Shown here: positions 62,817 to 64,000 of the stretch, in pieces | How the letters are laid out: every line of letters starts with the position of its first letter | Position numbering within the stretch: the stretch's first letter is position 1 | Source: Chloropicon primus | Lineage: Eukaryota | DNA: 64,000 nucleotides | NCBI GenBank assembly: GCA_023205875.1 | Contig: CP060758.1 | Location: forward strand, 992,001-1,056,000 | Reading direction: 5' to 3' | Made by a program: the position numbers and the translations under genes | Notes under the pieces: generated by a model | What the model saw: the letters and a program-made list of their open reading frames with translations, nothing else | Told to the model about the DNA's origin: nothing | Databases searched by the model: none

Positions 62817-63196
62817 CTCACCCCTCTCGTCCGCCCTCGCGCACGCGCTCTCTCGTCCGTCCAGCTGGATCGATCTGGCCCACCCGACAGATCTCCTCTC
62901 GCTTTTTTTCGCTCCAACCTGACGATGCACCCGATGATGGGGCGGCCTTGGGCTTGAGGCTTTGGATGGAAGGAAGGGAACGCACAAACGGACGCAATGG
63001 CAAAGGGGGGGAGGAGGATCACGGCCCGGACTCTGTCTGGGTCGAAGCTCTCGGCATCGACGACAAGGTGTGTGTGTGTGTGAGGGGGGTCACCCTGGTG
63101 TGCACGAGCGAGCCAGGAGGCGCTCCTGTTGTGTGGGTTACACGTTTACAATAATACGTACATTACACGAGGGGGAGGGGGACCCCAAACCCGAGC

Positions 63197-63766
63197 TCAA
63201 GCCAGGTGCAGCCAAGCCCTGTCCCTCAGGTTGGTCTTGTTCGAGCCCACGAGCTGGTCCACCTTGACGCCCCTGTCGTAGACCCAGAACGTGGGGGTAT
63301 ACACCACGCTCTTGGACAAGACGGGCGTCCGGAACACGTCCGCGACGGCGAAGGTGTGCCTCGGGTGCTCCTTCCCCAGCGCGACCATGGAGGAGACCAT
63401 GCCCTTGCAGTGGTCGCACCACGCCGTGCCGAACTCCACGAAGAGTTTCGTGCCCTTCCGCCTGCTCTCCTCAATCAGGTGCTCCAAGTCTTCGTCAGAA
63501 TTTACGAAACTCACGCCCTCCATCGCGTCGTTCCCCCTGTAGGGCTTGGCCCTCGGCCTCGCCAGCTCCCTCGGCGCTGGCCTGAACCTCTCCCTCGGCC
63601 GCTGCACGACCACGTCCTTCTGGCTGCCATCCTCCAACGACGCCGCTCCTCCTGGAACTTTGAACCACGACGACGACGACGACGACGAGGAGGAGGAGGA
63701 GGAGGAGGAGGAGGAGGTCGACCCCGGCTTCCGTTCCCTTCTCCCCTGCGTGAACTTGGCCACCAT
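63197..63766 (-). CDS. Thioredoxin-like protein (WCDHC)
   Basis: FVEFGTAWCDHCKGM, TPTFWVY..G.KVDQLVG. Confidence 0.85.
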   Translation of the reverse strand: MVAKFTQGRRERKPGSTSSSSSSSSSSSSSSSSWFKVPGGAASLEDGSQKDVVVQRPRERFRPAPRELARPRAKPYRGNDAMEGVSFVNSDEDLEHLIEESRRKGTKLFVEFGTAWCDHCKGMVSSMVALGKEHPRHTFAVADVFRTPVLSKSVVYTPTFWVYDRGVKVDQLVGSNKTNLRDRAWLHLA

Positions 63767-63790
63767 CACCAACAACAAACAAACGAGAGG

Positions 63791-63830
<40 letters not shown>

Positions 63831-63902
63831 CCTTGCTCCCGTTCCCGCGTTTTTTCGTGTTTTTTTCTTGGCGGGAACAGAGTAGAGAGCGACAGAGGAA
63901 GG

Positions 63903-64000
63903 ATGGGGAGGGGGAGGGGGAGTGCGCCCGGGAGGTTGGACTTCTTGGGAGGGGTGAGCGACTACAGCGGGGCGCTCGTGCTGGAGGCGGCGATACAATT
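63903..64000 (+). CDS. GHMP kinase (galactokinase/L-arabinokinase-like), N-terminal fragment (3' truncated by window)
   Basis: ATG 63903 reads MGRGRGSAPGRLDFLGGVSDYSGALVLEAAIQ, matching the APGRxxxxGxxxDY signature. Confidence 0.75.
   Translation, partial: MGRGRGSAPGRLDFLGGVSDYSGALVLEAAIQ

Overview
Gene-dense, GC-rich eukaryotic nuclear DNA with few short GT-AG introns, most carrying a CTGAC branch motif. The gene set (prpB+prpD, ELF4-like, GONST-type transporter, centriolar CCDC15-like, TTLL) suggests a compact picoplanktonic green alga; Chloropicon-like is my inference. About 26 housekeeping or secreted-protein genes are recognisable. Two accessory loci stand out. (1) An intact 696-aa Fanzor2/IS607-TnpB-like RNA-guided nuclease (39764-41854). 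It has a Lys-rich N-terminal NLS-like extension and the Fanzor-type rearranged RuvC triad, and is followed by a highly structured non-coding tract, the candidate omegaRNA. (2) A ~2.8-kb island (11388-14197) bounded by imperfect direct repeats, next to an intron-containing tRNA-Ile and a stray tRNA 3' fragment. It encodes a divergent serine recombinase that one frameshift would fuse to a large Cys-rich domain. Also present: a 3x tandem amplification of a secreted His/Asp/Cys-rich protein gene and two repeat-rich secreted proteins. All family calls are by motif recognition by eye; no database search was run.
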